Of a DNA stretch of 64,000 bases, positions 30,331 to 39,498 are shown piece by piece. The stretch's first letter is position 1; each line of letters starts with the position of its first letter. The notes below the pieces were generated by a model that saw nothing but the letters and a program-made list of their open reading frames with translations, did not search any database and was not told the origin of the DNA. The position numbers were made by a program, and so were the translations under genes. This stretch comes from a virus (lineage: Duplodnaviria; Caudoviricetes): the IMG/VR virus record IMGVR_UViG_3300037067_015318, positions 287 through 64,286 of that record. One strand, given 5' to 3'.

Positions 30331-31040
30331 AAGAAACTAGGAAGCTCAAGATTGCATCTGTAATTATCATCGGAAGTGGGTACTACAACGATGAGGCTTC
30401 AAAAACAATAGGATTGGATGCCGAATTCGCCTCCCCTGAAAACAGTCCTACTGGCGAATTGAGCGATAGAGGTGTTTATGTACTCAAGAAAGTTGATGAG
30501 CATATTCGTGCCAAATTGTCACTTAGCCCGGATGTGGAATTGAGTCATGTTTGGGACTTAAACTGTTGGCATGGAGCATCTTCCCACTATCCTGGCTATA
30601 ACGTACTTCTATCAGTAGAAGACAAGCCTAGTAACAATGAGTACTACGATGCTCTAGCGTTGTATATAAGTGCAGAACAGGAAGCACAATTACATGTCAT
30701 AGTGCAGTCTTCTATCGCTATCGAGGTAGGAATGCAGGTTCATCGGCTGTACCAGCTTCTAAAGACGTTAGGGTATACTCAGATACGGAATGCCTTTGTG
30801 TCTGAGTTGGGTACTTCTCCAATCCGTGCGGAAGGTGCTCCTGAACAACTCATTCAGAGACCTCAATGTCAGCTTTTAGGACAGGAGGGAAACATCTTTA
30901 ATTTGCTAGGGATTGCTATCAAATGTCTACGGAAGGCGGGGCAGAAGGATAAAGCAAAGGAATTGGCAACCCAGGTGTTTAAGTCTACGTCATACAACGA
31001 AGCCATCAAGATTATCTCGGAATACGTTGATATCTTTTGA
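30327..31040 (+). CDS. Two-domain hypothetical protein; N-terminus paralogous to 31579..32052
   Basis: Shared NDEASKTIG; C-terminal GQEGNIFNLLG...SYNEAIKIISEYV domain. Confidence 0.55.
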   Translation: MKETRKLKIASVIIIGSGYYNDEASKTIGLDAEFASPENSPTGELSDRGVYVLKKVDEHIRAKLSLSPDVELSHVWDLNCWHGASSHYPGYNVLLSVEDKPSNNEYYDALALYISAEQEAQLHVIVQSSIAIEVGMQVHRLYQLLKTLGYTQIRNAFVSELGTSPIRAEGAPEQLIQRPQCQLLGQEGNIFNLLGIAIKCLRKAGQKDKAKELATQVFKSTSYNEAIKIISEYVDIF

Positions 31041-31066
31041 CATTATATCTTACAGGAGAGCTTCAG

Positions 31067-31468
31067 ATGAAAGAGCTTGAGCGTTCTTTCAAAGGATTCA
31101 AGGGTGTCGATTTCGATGGTACCCTTGTACGAGATGACGTCCCAGAGGCGAACGTACCTATAATGCCCATGGTAGAGAGAATAAGGAAGTGGCTTGCTGA
31201 GGGTGAGGATGTCATTATCTTTACAGCTCGAGGATGGCAACAGGGGGTGGAAGATTTCTGCGTCGAACACTTCGGTAGAGCACTACCTATTACTAATATC
31301 AAACTACGAGGGTTGTCTGAGTGGTACGATGACCGTTGTATTGCCGTAGAGCCTAATACCGGTAGAATTCTTGATACCGCTGCTTTGGTTGAGGAGAATA
31401 AACTCCTGAAACGAAAACTTACATACCTCACTTCGCTCCTGAAAATTCATAAGGAGATGGTGTCCTGA
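31067..31468 (+). CDS. HAD-family phosphatase-like protein
   Basis: DFDGTL, IFTAR and YDD motifs. Confidence 0.75.
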   Translation: MKELERSFKGFKGVDFDGTLVRDDVPEANVPIMPMVERIRKWLAEGEDVIIFTARGWQQGVEDFCVEHFGRALPITNIKLRGLSEWYDDRCIAVEPNTGRILDTAALVEENKLLKRKLTYLTSLLKIHKEMVS

Positions 31469-31481
31469 TATCACTATTTCT

Positions 31482-31578
31482 TTTTGAAAACTACCAAAAA
31501 AGTAGTTGACTTTCTTTCTATTATATTATACAATTTCATCATAGAGATTCGTAAAAAGAATCTTACAGGAGGACAAAG
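31482..31578 (+). repeat. Promoter/RBS cassette copy 2
   Basis: TTGACT(31506)-N17-TACAAT(31529) ... TCTTACAGGAGG. Confidence 0.9.
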
Positions 31579-32052
31579 ATGGAAGGGAAGAAAAGGAAAG
31601 TCAGAATCGGAAGCATTTACATATTCGGTAAAGAAATGTTCAACGACGAAGCTTCAAAAACTATTGGAGCTTCCTTGGTAGGTCCTGACATGAGACAGCT
31701 TACTATCAACCGTCGTCAGGCGAAAGGAAAACTCACGGATACCGGCCGTACTGCGTATGACAAAGCACTTGCAATGTTCAGAGAATACGTCGGGGCCAAA
31801 GAGGGTCTGAAATTGTTCGTCCAGTGGGACATCTACTGCGGCTGTTCGTGTCCTTGTTCCCCCGGGTATAAGATCAGTGTCGAGTACGATCCTGCGATCT
31901 ATATACTCCCATGGGAGTTTTCTATAAGGGGGATGCGTAAGGAATCAATAGTTGATGTCCGTGTTGGTGAGAATGGTTCCCCTTACATTGCACCTCCAAG
32001 GAATCAATCAGTTAAGGAGTTTGTTCGAAAACTCAACAAGTCGATAGCATAA
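31579..32052 (+). CDS. Hypothetical protein
   Basis: ORF after the cassette RBS; CGCSCPCSPG motif. Confidence 0.6.
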   Translation: MEGKKRKVRIGSIYIFGKEMFNDEASKTIGASLVGPDMRQLTINRRQAKGKLTDTGRTAYDKALAMFREYVGAKEGLKLFVQWDIYCGCSCPCSPGYKISVEYDPAIYILPWEFSIRGMRKESIVDVRVGENGSPYIAPPRNQSVKEFVRKLNKSIA

Positions 32053-32125
32053 GTCGAAACGGCATCGTGGAAATACGATGCTGTAGCAGGGAAAATGACC
32101 TACCCTGCCTGAAGATGACAGGTCA
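32053..32125 (+). ncRNA. Type II hammerhead ribozyme with loop I pseudoknot
   Basis: GTC-GAAA-stem III-GTA-stem I (GCAGGG/CCCTGC)-CTGAAGA-T-GAC; 3' AGGTCA pairs with loop TGACCT. Confidence 0.85.
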
Positions 32126-32142
32126 ATAACAGGAGGACACAA

Positions 32143-32424
32143 ATGCAACCGAAAGCATTCGAAAGGCTCAGTTCTGAGGACACTCCCGTCGAGGAAAAGA
32201 ACCCCACTTTTACAATCGGGGAAACTACTCGTAGAATCTACGCGGTGGTGTCTACCAAGGATTTCACCTCATTCGTTTCTCGGTGCAAGGCCGAGAAGAT
32301 CACCGTCGGAGAGGCATTCTCTGAACTTGTGCACCAGTACGCTCGGGGAGCGAACCTTATTCATGCGGACAAGCATCCGAAGAGCAAGTCGACGGGTGCT
32401 GATTATCTCAAGAAGAATCCCTAA
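32143..32424 (+). CDS. Small hypothetical protein (possible DNA-binding)
   Basis: ORF with AGGAGG RBS directly after the ribozyme. Confidence 0.55.
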   Translation: MQPKAFERLSSEDTPVEEKNPTFTIGETTRRIYAVVSTKDFTSFVSRCKAEKITVGEAFSELVHQYARGANLIHADKHPKSKSTGADYLKKNP

Positions 32425-32438
32425 CATAAGGAGAAACT

Positions 32439-33375
32439 ATGTCACACTTTACTGTCATGGTCTTTGGGAGCGATCCCGAAAGTCAGCTTAGACCCTTCCA
32501 AGAGAATAACATGAACACGTGCTCACAAGAATTCCTTGAGTTCGAAGATAAGGAAGACGAGCTCAGGGATGAGTATCAAAACAAAGGAACGGGACGAGTC
32601 ATTATGCCAGACGGAAGGAAGCTCCTCCCCTGTGATGATACGTTTCGTGTTCCTGGGCAATTCGGATATGGAACAGGATGCCACAAAGTCCCAGAGGAAT
32701 TCAAGGTGGAAGAAGTCCCCTTCAAAGAGAGCTATTCCTCACTTGAACAGTTTGCTGAGGAATGGCATGGGTTCGAGGTTCGTGATCCCAAAACAGGACG
32801 TTTTGGTTATTGGAAGAATCCGAATGCCAAGTGGGATTGGTACGAACTGGGAGGTAGATGGGTTGAGTACTTCCATCTGAAGGGGCAGGAAGGTCTCGTT
32901 GCTCAAGCTAAGAAAGGCGATATTGATATCGAGTATATGAAAACGAAGGCCAGAAAAGCTGCGGAGGAAAGATACCAGAGGGTTCTTTCTGCCTTTCCTG
33001 GGAATGGCATACCTGAGATCAAGACTTGGAAAGAGTTCTTAGTTGATGTTGAGTTAGGAGTACTCACTATTGATGATGCTCGTAAGAGTTATCACAGCCA
33101 GGCCCCACTCCAAATGCTCAAAACAGTAGGTATCTTTGCATCCCTTGACGAGTATCAGATCCCCGAGGATGAATTCGTACAACAGGCTCTCGACTCTGTT
33201 ATCGTTCCTCATGCACTTATCAAAGATGGCAAGTGGTATGAACGTGGAGAAATGGGGGTGGTGGGGATGTATTTCCAACGAGAAGGACAAGAGCTGCTGG
33301 AATGAAGAATTCTGGAAATTGTTCAACTCCTTCCCCAATGATGCCCTTGTATCAGTTTTTGATTGCCATATCTGA
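32439..33375 (+). pseudogene. Conserved phage protein interrupted by a frameshift in a G5 run at 33254-33258
   Basis: One fewer G joins ...YERGEMG to WWGCISNEKD...VFDCHI. Confidence 0.6.
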
Positions 33376-33389
33376 AAAAGGAAGGAATC

Positions 33390-33737
33390 ATGACCAGTAC
33401 ACATCCTGGATGTGGGGACTATCCACTGAATGCTCGACTTGATATAATTAAGACGGCAATAGCTCAGGGTCGGATCGGAGCAGATTATCAAGTAGACGCA
33501 ATAGAGGATGAGAGCTGTTGGGCGGGTGTTCTTAAGTGTGTCTCCACTCCCGAGATACCTTGCCCGCACGGCCGGATCTCGTGTGATCTCCTGAAGAGTG
33601 CATACATCTTCGACACTTCGGATGAAGCAAAACAGTGGGTGTGTGAAACATTAAACACATTACAAAAGGACACACAACGCACTGTGCGTAACGAATTGGA
33701 CGAGGTGTTAGGCCGCATTCTTATGAAGCTTATTTAG
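33390..33737 (+). CDS. Hypothetical protein
   Basis: ORF with RBS. Confidence 0.5.
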   Translation: MTSTHPGCGDYPLNARLDIIKTAIAQGRIGADYQVDAIEDESCWAGVLKCVSTPEIPCPHGRISCDLLKSAYIFDTSDEAKQWVCETLNTLQKDTQRTVRNELDEVLGRILMKLI

Positions 33738-33748
33738 GAGGAAGAGAG

Positions 33749-34237
33749 ATGAATCTCCAGCGGGCATATACAGACGAACCTGACACGTGGTATGACATCA
33801 CTATGGATACGTTCATACTCCGAACAGAGTGGGCAGGGTACTATCCTCGTGGGACGGCATTACAAGAACTTCAAAAACGTGGGACTCTTACGACTCCCGC
33901 TTATATCTTCAGAATCAAAGAGGAGAAAGAAATGAGTAAAAAGAAAGCAGTCAACATCGCCCCGGAAGCAGCGGTCGTCACCACCTCACCCGAACAGGGA
34001 AGTATGGACACGACTCCCCTCGAGCAGAAACCGGCTGCCGAGAAGAAGCCACGGGGCTTCCCCCTCGGAACAATCCGCCACTACAAGAACGGGGAAGCTT
34101 TCCGGCGTATTGCTCCTCCGAAGGGATGGGAGTACATCGGAAAGACGGGCTCGGAACGTGTGCTCGCAGCCGAAGCTACCGCCAGAGCAAACGGGTTCGA
34201 TGTCATCTACTTCCAGCCGACGTCAAAGGAGGAGTGA
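33749..34237 (+). CDS. Hypothetical protein with a possible second in-frame start at 33932
   Basis: AGGAG RBS before the internal ATG. Confidence 0.5.
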   Translation: MNLQRAYTDEPDTWYDITMDTFILRTEWAGYYPRGTALQELQKRGTLTTPAYIFRIKEEKEMSKKKAVNIAPEAAVVTTSPEQGSMDTTPLEQKPAAEKKPRGFPLGTIRHYKNGEAFRRIAPPKGWEYIGKTGSERVLAAEATARANGFDVIYFQPTSKEE

Positions 34238-34447
34238 ATGCCTCAGTGCGAGGGCTTCCGAAGGTATGGGGGTGCATTCACCCTCGGTCCTGTCAAATGG
34301 GAACAGTGCAAGGAGGAGGCTGAGTTTACCATTACTGTTGAACAGGATGGTAAACCACAGACCCTCCCTTGCTGCAAGACCTGTTGGCAGGAAGCAATCA
34401 CCGCAGGGATTAGGGTGTTGAAAATCGAACCGCTTCCAGTGAAATAA
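34238..34447 (+). CDS. Small Cys-rich protein
   Basis: Cys motifs including CCKTC; AGGAG RBS. Confidence 0.5.
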   Translation: MPQCEGFRRYGGAFTLGPVKWEQCKEEAEFTITVEQDGKPQTLPCCKTCWQEAITAGIRVLKIEPLPVK

Positions 34448-34464
34448 TACAATGGAAATATTTA

Positions 34465-34547
34465 AGAAAGTAGTTGACTTTCTTTCTATTATATTATACA
34501 ATTTCATCATAGAAATTCGTAAAAAGAATCTTACAGGAGGAAACAGG
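34465..34547 (+). repeat. Promoter/RBS cassette copy 3
   Basis: TTGACT(34474)-N17-TACAAT(34497) ... TCTTACAGGAGG. Confidence 0.9.
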
Positions 34548-35603
34548 ATGAAAGGTAACTATCAGACAATGGAAGAGTTCGCAACCCGCATCGAGCAAAT
34601 CGAACGCACCAAGCAGGATTTCATCGTCCCTCATAACGCCATGCGAATGCATGAGGATGGGGAGACACTTGAAATAATGGGGGGTACTAAGATGTCTTTT
34701 CCTCTCACCCCCATCGCACACCAGCAAGTGGCGGAAAAGCTGGGGATCCCCAAAAGATACTACGATATGATGGCGGAAATCCCCGAACTGCGAGCCCAGA
34801 ACGTGAATTCCTGGCTCAAGCATACCGATGGGGACCAGAAGATGGTACGAACCCTGGACAACAAGGGACGTGCCTTCCTCTCAGACAAATTCGTCCCCTT
34901 CGACAATTTCGTCGTCATGGAATCGGCACTTCCGATTATCAGGAACTTCGTCGACCTGAAGGTGGCTGCCCTTTCTCTCACGGAAACAAAGATGTACGCG
35001 CAGATCGTCATCCCGAGCATCCGCGCAGAGGTGCGGCCTGGGGATATCGTACAAGCGGGAATCGTACTTTCCAACAGCGAAGTCGGGTACGGGGCGATCG
35101 ATGTTTCTCGTATCATCTGGAGGCTTCAATGCCTGAACGGTCTCGTGGGGCAGAGCCTTCTCAATCGGTATCACATCGGTAAGAAGGTTACGAACATCGA
35201 CGGTGAGATGAACATCTTCAAACACGATACCCTGTTAGCAGAGGTCGAGACTTTCAAACTTCAGCTCCGCGATGTATTGGAACATTCACTCACCCAGGCT
35301 TTCTTCGACGCCGAGGTGAATAAACTCCGAGAAGCTGCCGAGGACAAGATCACCAATCCCGTAAGGGTCGTCGAGAATGTCACTAAGCGGTTCGGCTTCT
35401 CAGACAAGGAAGGCGAAGGAATCGTCACAGGGCTCATCGCCGAAGGGGATGCAACCCGATGGGGTCTTGTCAACTCTATCACGGCCCTCGCGAAGTCGAT
35501 CGACAATAGGGATCGGCAGTATCAGGTCGAACAGATCGGGTATGAGATCGTCACCCTCCCTCCCACCGATTGGGAAGTCATCAAAGAAGGGAACGTCGCG
35601 TAA
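34548..35603 (+). CDS. DUF932-like protein
   Basis: LGIPKRYY, RAFLSDKF and SNSEVGYG...RLQCLNG motifs. Confidence 0.7.
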   Translation: MKGNYQTMEEFATRIEQIERTKQDFIVPHNAMRMHEDGETLEIMGGTKMSFPLTPIAHQQVAEKLGIPKRYYDMMAEIPELRAQNVNSWLKHTDGDQKMVRTLDNKGRAFLSDKFVPFDNFVVMESALPIIRNFVDLKVAALSLTETKMYAQIVIPSIRAEVRPGDIVQAGIVLSNSEVGYGAIDVSRIIWRLQCLNGLVGQSLLNRYHIGKKVTNIDGEMNIFKHDTLLAEVETFKLQLRDVLEHSLTQAFFDAEVNKLREAAEDKITNPVRVVENVTKRFGFSDKEGEGIVTGLIAEGDATRWGLVNSITALAKSIDNRDRQYQVEQIGYEIVTLPPTDWEVIKEGNVA

Positions 35604-35615
35604 CATATGCCCCTC

Positions 35616-35641
35616 TTACGAGGGGCTTCTCTTTCAAATAC
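35616..35641 (+). terminator. Intrinsic terminator
   Basis: GCCCCTC-TTAC-GAGGGGC then TTCTCTTT. Confidence 0.65.
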
Positions 35642-35663
35642 AAGTCTTACAGGAGGACAACAA

Positions 35664-36020
35664 ATGATTATGATCTCCGTTTCTCAGAAAGGTGCCCGGG
35701 CTGATACGGTCCGTGAAATCGTCGAAGCGGCTCTCAGGGAGAAGTACCCGAATGCGTCGATCCAGGTTGTTCGGAAGGAACCCGCAGAATCGCGAGGTGA
35801 CCGGATGGATGAAGCAATGGGACTCGTGGAAGATGCACAGTCAATTGCCGAAGAGCTGAAAGACGAGCTGGAAACCTGGAAAGACTCCCTCCCAGAGAAT
35901 CTCCAGAGCGGAGACAAGGCCTCACAGCTCGAAGATGCCATCAACTCGTTGGACGAATTCATCAACTCCTGCGAAGAAGCCTCAAGCAACTCCGGGATAG
36001 AATTCCCCGGCATGTACTGA
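35664..36020 (+). CDS. Acidic helical hypothetical protein
   Basis: ELETWKDSLPENLQ motif; RBS. Confidence 0.6.
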   Translation: MIMISVSQKGARADTVREIVEAALREKYPNASIQVVRKEPAESRGDRMDEAMGLVEDAQSIAEELKDELETWKDSLPENLQSGDKASQLEDAINSLDEFINSCEEASSNSGIEFPGMY

Positions 36021-36033
36021 CAGGAGGTATACG

Positions 36034-36573
36034 ATGACAGAGAAGTTGGAACTACGACAGGAGATGAAACCCTCATATCTTATCCAACGTCTTAAGAGAC
36101 CTAACCACTGGACGAGGCTTGACGGAACAAAGGTGGATAATCCTTTTAACTTCGGTGGTGGGCTTGTAAACGGAGGACTACCGAAGGAAGTCATGGACGT
36201 GCTTCGAGAGATCTTCTCCTTCGATTACATGGGTTCTGCAGAATTCGAGTTCGGGGCAGTGCCCGAAGCGCTTCGGTTCTTGGTAATAGAATACCGCAGA
36301 GGTAAGACAACCACGGGTACTGTGCAGGAGGTCTTCTATATCTGCCCGACGTCTTACAAGAATGAAGTAGTGAAGCGAATCACTGAGTTCAAATCAGCTG
36401 AGCCTCAGGGGCATACCAAGGAACATGTCGGGCTGTACGAACGGCTCAAGGATCCTACAGGATACTACAGAGATCTTGTAGGGTGGTTTGAAATCAGTAA
36501 CGGGTATATCTTCTTCGTTGACGAGAAAGCATACCAGGGATTCTTAGAATTCCTGAAATTATTCAAGAAGTAA
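36034..36573 (+). CDS. Hypothetical protein
   Basis: FSFDYMGSAEFEFGAVP motif seen in phage proteins. Confidence 0.6.
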   Translation: MTEKLELRQEMKPSYLIQRLKRPNHWTRLDGTKVDNPFNFGGGLVNGGLPKEVMDVLREIFSFDYMGSAEFEFGAVPEALRFLVIEYRRGKTTTGTVQEVFYICPTSYKNEVVKRITEFKSAEPQGHTKEHVGLYERLKDPTGYYRDLVGWFEISNGYIFFVDEKAYQGFLEFLKLFKK

Positions 36574-36583
36574 AGGAGGACAT

Positions 36584-38620
36584 ATGCAATTTGAGAGATT
36601 CAGTAAAGCTGTTGCAGACCAGGTTACTGCAATGGTACAGGATGGCGCGAAGCTATTCCTGACTGATGTAGTGGGTGATTTCCTATGGGAAACGTACATA
36701 GCGAGCTTTCCCGCGGGAACAAACCCATTATTCAAGAAAAGGACGGAACACGATTGTAGTGCTTGTAAGCACTTCATCAGACGGTTCGGGGGAGTCGTAA
36801 CACTCAAAGATGGGAAAGTTCGTACCATCTGGGACATTGCACTCCATGAGGACCCATACCAGACCGTGGCTGACGCGATGGCACGGGTTGTTCGGAATGC
36901 TGCAATAACGGACATCTTCGTGACTCATGAAGCACTCATCGGGGTGGAGCGGTCAATTCAACAAATCAGTACAGGGCTTCTTACTTGGAGTCACTTACAT
37001 GCCAAACTTCCTCCTAACCTCGTTGCTCAGAAGTCATCCTCTCTTCCGGAACTCCAAGCTGCAATTCGGGATGTGAAAACTGTTCTCAAGCGGTCATTGG
37101 ATGAACTCAATCCTGTGACTGTCGAAACGGTATTCGAATTGATAGTTCAGAGATCTCTGTACAAGGGTGAGGAATGGGAGGGCCCCCTTAGAAAGTTCTA
37201 TGTACTCTTACAGCAGTACCACAATTCCAAGCTCAATGAAGCTATTAAGGATCGACTTGTATGGGAATGGGCTTTGACTGTAGGTCCTGTGGTAGGGAAG
37301 ATCTACAACCATTCCATCGGTACGCTTCTGAAGGACATCGAGTCAGGAATAGATCTTGATGAAGCGGTAAAGCGCTACGAGGCGATCGTTGCCCCCAGCA
37401 ATTACAAGCGCCCCAAACCAATCTTCACAAGAAAGATGCTCGAGAATGCACAGAAAACACTCGAGGATCTGGGGATGACCAATGCACTCGGAAGGAGATT
37501 CGCAGTTACAGAGGATGTGTCTGTCACAAATGTCCTCTTCGCTGATCGGGATGCCGTCCGCCGGATGAAGGGATCAGTATTCGACGAAATGGCGCAATCC
37601 GTGGCAGTCAATCCTCGGGATTTCAGTAGAGTGGAGGAGATCGGTATTGATGAATTCATCAAAAATGTACTCCCTAGCACCACCAGTATTTCCGCCCTCT
37701 TTGAAAGCAGGCACGGCGCAAATCGGGTGTCAGTCATTGCCCCCCAGGATTCCACCGCACCCACGCTGTTCAAATGGGGCAACCCGTTCTCGTGGGCGTA
37801 CACAGGCAATCTCACAGACTCCATGCGTGAGCGAGTCAAGGCGATGGGCGGCAGAGTCGATGGGGCTATGCGGTTCTCCATTCAGTGGAATGACAACGAT
37901 GATAGCCGGGACGACCTCGACGCGCACTGCATCGAACCTGGAGGAGAGGAACTGTGCTTCTACCACAAATGTTCCGAAAAAACGGATGGGGAGTTGGATG
38001 TAGATATCATCTTCCCTGACGGCGTCGCAGTAGAAAACATCATCCATCCTTCGGAAAGGCAACTCCGGGAAGGAGCGTACCAGTTCTTCGTACACTGCTA
38101 TAACAGCAGGGGTGCTCGATCTGGGTTCACAGCTGAAGTCGAGTGTGGGGGGCAGACATATAGTTTTGCGTACAACAAGCACTTGCATTCCAAGGAAACC
38201 GTGGCTGTTGCTGATGTGTACTACTCCCATGCAAAAGGATTCGAAGTACGTGAAAGACTTCCCTCTACCACCTCCTCTCGAAAGTTGTGGGGTGTAGATA
38301 CCAATCAGTTCCTCCCCGTGGAGTTGATGATGTATTCCCCCAACTACTGGGACAAGAGTATGGGAATTGGGAATCGTCACTACTTCTTCATACTCCAAGG
38401 GATGTTCAACGATGAGAATCCTAGTGGATTCTTCAATGAGTATCTGAGAGAGGATCTGATGAAGTACAAACGAGTCTTCGAAGCCCTCGGGAATAAGATG
38501 CGAGTGGAGAATTCGGCTTCCCAGCTTTCAGGACTTGGATTCTGCTCAACGAAACGAGACTCGGTCATCGTAAAGATCGAGGGAGCCGCAGTAAAGCGGA
38601 CTCTGAAAATTCAATTCTAG
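36584..38620 (+). CDS. Conserved large phage protein with Zn-binding N-terminus and YfaP/TerD-like C-terminal domain
   Basis: HDCSACKHF; RFSIQWND...DLDAHCIEP...LDVD. Confidence 0.55.
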   Translation: MQFERFSKAVADQVTAMVQDGAKLFLTDVVGDFLWETYIASFPAGTNPLFKKRTEHDCSACKHFIRRFGGVVTLKDGKVRTIWDIALHEDPYQTVADAMARVVRNAAITDIFVTHEALIGVERSIQQISTGLLTWSHLHAKLPPNLVAQKSSSLPELQAAIRDVKTVLKRSLDELNPVTVETVFELIVQRSLYKGEEWEGPLRKFYVLLQQYHNSKLNEAIKDRLVWEWALTVGPVVGKIYNHSIGTLLKDIESGIDLDEAVKRYEAIVAPSNYKRPKPIFTRKMLENAQKTLEDLGMTNALGRRFAVTEDVSVTNVLFADRDAVRRMKGSVFDEMAQSVAVNPRDFSRVEEIGIDEFIKNVLPSTTSISALFESRHGANRVSVIAPQDSTAPTLFKWGNPFSWAYTGNLTDSMRERVKAMGGRVDGAMRFSIQWNDNDDSRDDLDAHCIEPGGEELCFYHKCSEKTDGELDVDIIFPDGVAVENIIHPSERQLREGAYQFFVHCYNSRGARSGFTAEVECGGQTYSFAYNKHLHSKETVAVADVYYSHAKGFEVRERLPSTTSSRKLWGVDTNQFLPVELMMYSPNYWDKSMGIGNRHYFFILQGMFNDENPSGFFNEYLREDLMKYKRVFEALGNKMRVENSASQLSGLGFCSTKRDSVIVKIEGAAVKRTLKIQF

Positions 38621-38630
38621 GAGGCATTTC

Positions 38631-39038
38631 ATGGAAATGTTCGAAAAAGCAACGCGAATGAAACTAAGGTTCGACGTCCCCACCATCGGCAGGGTCACCG
38701 CCGAGGATCTTTGGGATCTCTCCCCGGAACTTCTCGACAGTACCTACAAACGGCTCTCCTCCATAAAGAAGCAAACCGAGGAGGACTCGTTACTCGGAAG
38801 CAAATCGAAGGAGAACAAACGGGTATCCCTCAGCATCGAAATCGTCAAACACGTGTTCCAGATCAAGGACGAGGAGGCCAAGAAGCGAGCCCTGGTGCGG
38901 GAGAATGCGGAACAGCGACGGAAGCTTCTGGAAATGATCGCCGCCAAGCAGGACAAAGAACTCGATACCAAATCCGTCGAGGAACTCCAGGCCATGGTCA
39001 ACGAACTCGAGAAACAGGGGGAGGACGACGAGGAATAA
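38631..39038 (+). CDS. Conserved coiled-coil phage protein
   Basis: FEKATRMKLRF...EDLWDL motif. Confidence 0.6.
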   Translation: MEMFEKATRMKLRFDVPTIGRVTAEDLWDLSPELLDSTYKRLSSIKKQTEEDSLLGSKSKENKRVSLSIEIVKHVFQIKDEEAKKRALVRENAEQRRKLLEMIAAKQDKELDTKSVEELQAMVNELEKQGEDDEE

Positions 39039-39041
39039 CAA

Positions 39042-39071
39042 CAAGAGGGGGGGATATCCTCCCTCTTTTTT
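39042..39071 (+). terminator. Hairpin with T-tract immediately before the tRNA
   Basis: AAGAGGGGGG-ATAT-CCTCCCTCTT-TTT. Confidence 0.5.
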
Positions 39072-39158
39072 GGAGTGGTGGCAGAGTTAGGCTGATTGCA
39101 CCGGTCTTGAAAACCGGAGGACTTTCGGGTCTCGTGGGTTCGAATCCCACCCACTCCG
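39072..39158 (+). tRNA. tRNA-Ser (anticodon UGA), no encoded CCA
   Basis: GGAGTGG/CCACTCC acceptor stem, CCGGT-cTTGAaa-ACCGG anticodon arm, long variable arm, GGTTCGAATCC T-arm. Confidence 0.9.
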
Positions 39159-39171
39159 TAGGAGGACTTAC

Positions 39172-39498
39172 ATGAAAACAATTTACAAGTATACGGCACC
39201 CATAACTGATCTGATCACGTTGGAACTCCCACTAGGATCAAAAATCCTTAGCATCCAGAATCAGAAGGAGCAGTTCACTTTCTGGGTAGAGGTAGAATTA
39301 GACGAAAAGGAAGTCCTTGAGCATCATTTTGTTGTGTACGGTACAGGACATCCAATCAATGATCACGCTGTCCAACTGAAGTATCTCGCTACTGTTCAGT
39401 TTAACGCGGGTATGCTTGTGTTCCACGTATATGGAATACTCTCGAATGATCGTGCCCTTATAGACACAATAAAGGGGGAGAGGAGGGAGAATGAGTAA
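39172..39498 (+). CDS. Conserved small phage protein
   Basis: KTIYKY...ILSIQNQ...FWVEV...GTGHP motif. Confidence 0.6.
   Translation: MKTIYKYTAPITDLITLELPLGSKILSIQNQKEQFTFWVEVELDEKEVLEHHFVVYGTGHPINDHAVQLKYLATVQFNAGMLVFHVYGILSNDRALIDTIKGERRENE

Noticed and set aside
29447-34547. Apparent protein family beginning MKxTKKVVDFLSIILYNFIIEI (ORFs at 29447, 31484, 34452)
   Set aside because: This is the translation of the repeated promoter cassette; the true starts follow the AGGAGG RBS at 29543, 31579 and 34548
39072-39158. Suppressor or selenocysteine tRNA, or stop-codon reassignment
   Set aside because: Anticodon UGA reads UCA (Ser); genes tile normally under the standard code
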